This document shows, in pieces, positions 62,399-64,000 of a stretch of DNA of 64,000 nt. Source of the DNA: a virus; IMG/VR virus record IMGVR_UViG_3300045988_171725, positions 81,036 to 145,035 of that record. The stretch is one strand, 5' to 3'. How positions within the stretch are numbered: position 1 is the first letter of the stretch; every line of letters starts with the position of its first letter. A program made the position numbers and the translations under genes. The notes beneath the pieces were generated by a model. It saw nothing but the letters and a program-made list of their open reading frames with translations, did no database searches and had not been told where the DNA came from.

Positions 62399-63220
62399 AT
62401 GTATCGTCAAGGACTAATCTCAATTTCATCCAATCAACGTATATCCGATCAAATTTTATCAGAAGTCACCAAAAACGGTAAAATCATATCCGATATTACC
62501 TCAACGCAAGTTCTGATATTCCTAATAAACCGACCGATCGGATTTTTATATCTCAAAATAGACAATCGCACGGCACTTCGTTTAGCTTCGCGTGAAATGG
62601 TAATGGAGCGAATAAACCAGTTGACAGGCGAAGTCGAATACATTCTCGAAGTAGAAAACGCTTATCGTTTCGGCAGACCGCCAGTATACTTCATCACGGA
62701 GGAACTGCCATTGACCGCCGCCAAATATTCAGAATATTTAAGCCTTGCGCCATACGACAAATTCCAGCGTCGAGAAATCGTTTTCATCGATAATTCCACA
62801 CAAAAACGGTACAGGCTCTTATACACGCAAGAGGGGAACACGATATCGGTAGAGATGCAAACGCCAACGCTTGAAGAGGAATACTTCCTGCCTCAATGGT
62901 TACACGATTTATGTTATCAGAACGACGGAGAGTTATTGAAGAATTACGAAGCATTGCAAAACCGCAGAAGGCAAAAGCAGATAGAAGAGCAAGAAAGGAT
63001 AAGAGCGGAGCAGAAAGCCCGCAAAGACGCAGAGGCGGCGGAGCGTAAGCGCAAAGCAGCCGAGAAGAAGGCGGCGGCTAAGAAGGCCAAGGCTTTACCA
63101 AAAGCGGCAAAGAAGATTACCAAAAATGCTACAAAGCCCAAACCGAGCAAACCTGTAACAGAGAAGAAGAGAGAAGAGAATATCTCTGATATGTGGAGCA
63201 ATTGGGCGAAAGGGAAATAA
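62399..63220 (+). CDS. Hypothetical protein with histone-H1-like Lys/Ala-rich C-terminal tail (273 aa)
   Basis: C-terminus ...ERKRKAAEKKAAAKKAKALPKAAKKITKNATKPKPSKP. Confidence 0.55.
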   Translation: MYRQGLISISSNQRISDQILSEVTKNGKIISDITSTQVLIFLINRPIGFLYLKIDNRTALRLASREMVMERINQLTGEVEYILEVENAYRFGRPPVYFITEELPLTAAKYSEYLSLAPYDKFQRREIVFIDNSTQKRYRLLYTQEGNTISVEMQTPTLEEEYFLPQWLHDLCYQNDGELLKNYEALQNRRRQKQIEEQERIRAEQKARKDAEAAERKRKAAEKKAAAKKAKALPKAAKKITKNATKPKPSKPVTEKKREENISDMWSNWAKGK

Positions 63221-63476
63221 CTCTCTCAATCAGAGAATGGCGTTTTCAGTAACAGGTAAGAAAGCCAAAATCCCTTATACTAACTGAAAATGTTCACTCT
63301 CTCAATTGGAGAATCCCTTTTTGCTTAAAGTATAATTAAGGCGGCGGAGCCGACTGAACCACAAGGCAGCGCGAAGCGATGGCGCAGTGGATACGCGAAG
63401 CGGAACGTCTGTGGAGCGAGCTGTGGAAGCGGAGAACAAAAAATAAAAATAATTCCAAAAAAGTCGTATAAAATAC

Positions 63477-63505
63477 TTGACAAAAGAAAAATATTGTGGT
63501 ATAAT
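63477..63505 (+). promoter_or_regulatory. Sigma70-type promoter P14
   Basis: TTGACA at 63477-63482 and TATAAT at 63500-63505, 17-bp spacer, TG at 63497-63498. Confidence 0.7.
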
Positions 63506-63689
63506 AAAAGCAGATAGTGGAGGAGTGGGCGGTTGATTGTCCGCCGCCCATGAATTTCCTATATCTACCCCTTACTTAATTCTTTAAGGGTTAGGCTCAA
63601 AATCGCCCATTTTATCGAAGATTTTGGAGCGAGTTAGGACTTTTTGATATTTGAAAACTCCTAAAACACAAAAATAGAGGTGTTAATTT

Positions 63690-64000
63690 ATGGAAAATTT
63701 AACCGAATTCGAGAGACTTGTTAAGGAAGAAAGAGATAGAATTTATGAAGAAGCCGTGGCGGAAGAAGAGTGCAAAAGAACGGTAGAGATAAATATCGTT
63801 GATGCTATTTGCGGCAGTGGTAAAACATCCGCCGCCATAAACATGATTAATGCTTCCGATGATGAACAGAGATTCTTGTATATTACCCCATATCTTGACG
63901 AGGTTAATCGTATAATAGATTGTTGCCCCAAGAAAAAATTTAGACAGCCAGAAATTTATGGAACTAAAACGAAAGGAATTAAATATCTTCTTGAAAATGG
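63690..64000 (+). CDS. P-loop NTPase (partial, runs off the 3' edge)
   Basis: ATG at 63690 after AGAGGTG. Open to the window end. Walker A-like DAICGSGKTSAA. Not in the ORF track because no stop is reached. Confidence 0.55.
   Translation, partial: MENLTEFERLVKEERDRIYEEAVAEEECKRTVEINIVDAICGSGKTSAAINMINASDDEQRFLYITPYLDEVNRIIDCCPKKKFRQPEIYGTKTKGIKYLLEN

Noticed and set aside
1-64000. CRISPR arrays, integrase/attP, rRNA genes
   Set aside because: I saw no regularly spaced direct repeats, no tyrosine or serine recombinase motifs, and no rRNA-like sequence anywhere in the window.

Overview
This window is a contiguous stretch of a tailed dsDNA phage genome. Every gene I can support is on the + strand, and coding density is very high. 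Minus-strand ORFs in the track look like shadows of + strand genes.

Layout:
- 1-7350 is the end of the late/structural module: a tape-measure-like C-terminus, then a 1039-aa fibre-like protein and baseplate-sized proteins. It closes with a strong terminator.
- 7.4-64 kb is an early/middle region divided by 14 near-identical sigma70-type promoters (TTGAC[A/G], exactly 17 bp, TGnTATAAT). Several of these are fused to terminator hairpins.
- Recognisable genes include a replication/recombination set: Toprim primase, DnaE-type Pol III alpha, Fe-S Cas4-like exonuclease, RuvC-like resolvase, SSB-like protein, ERF annealase, DnaB helicase and RecD-like helicase.
- Other recognisable genes are an SPFH protein, a vWA plus PurA/PurZ-like pair, a methyltransferase-like protein, a lipase, a papain-like peptidase and an HPr-like protein.
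- There are six freestanding homing endonucleases from four families.

The most unusual part is an RNA-centred island at about 42.0-50.1 kb:
- a roughly 1 kb ORF-free, hairpin-dense tract that is a candidate giant structured ncRNA;
- two divergent head-to-tail IscB (OMEGA) nucleases. One has a 320-nt candidate omega-RNA and an in-frame TAA. The other is preceded only by a tRNA-like element;
- tRNA-Pro and tRNA-Thr plus an orphan tRNA 3' half;
- a Pnk-kinase/HD fusion;
- an RNA ligase that needs a -1 shift at a textbook A_AAA_AAG site.

A solo TnpB with a decayed tnpA stub lies at 57.3-58.5 kb. GC composition is strongly mosaic, and some junctions fall inside genes.

All calls are from reading the sequence. 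No database search was run.
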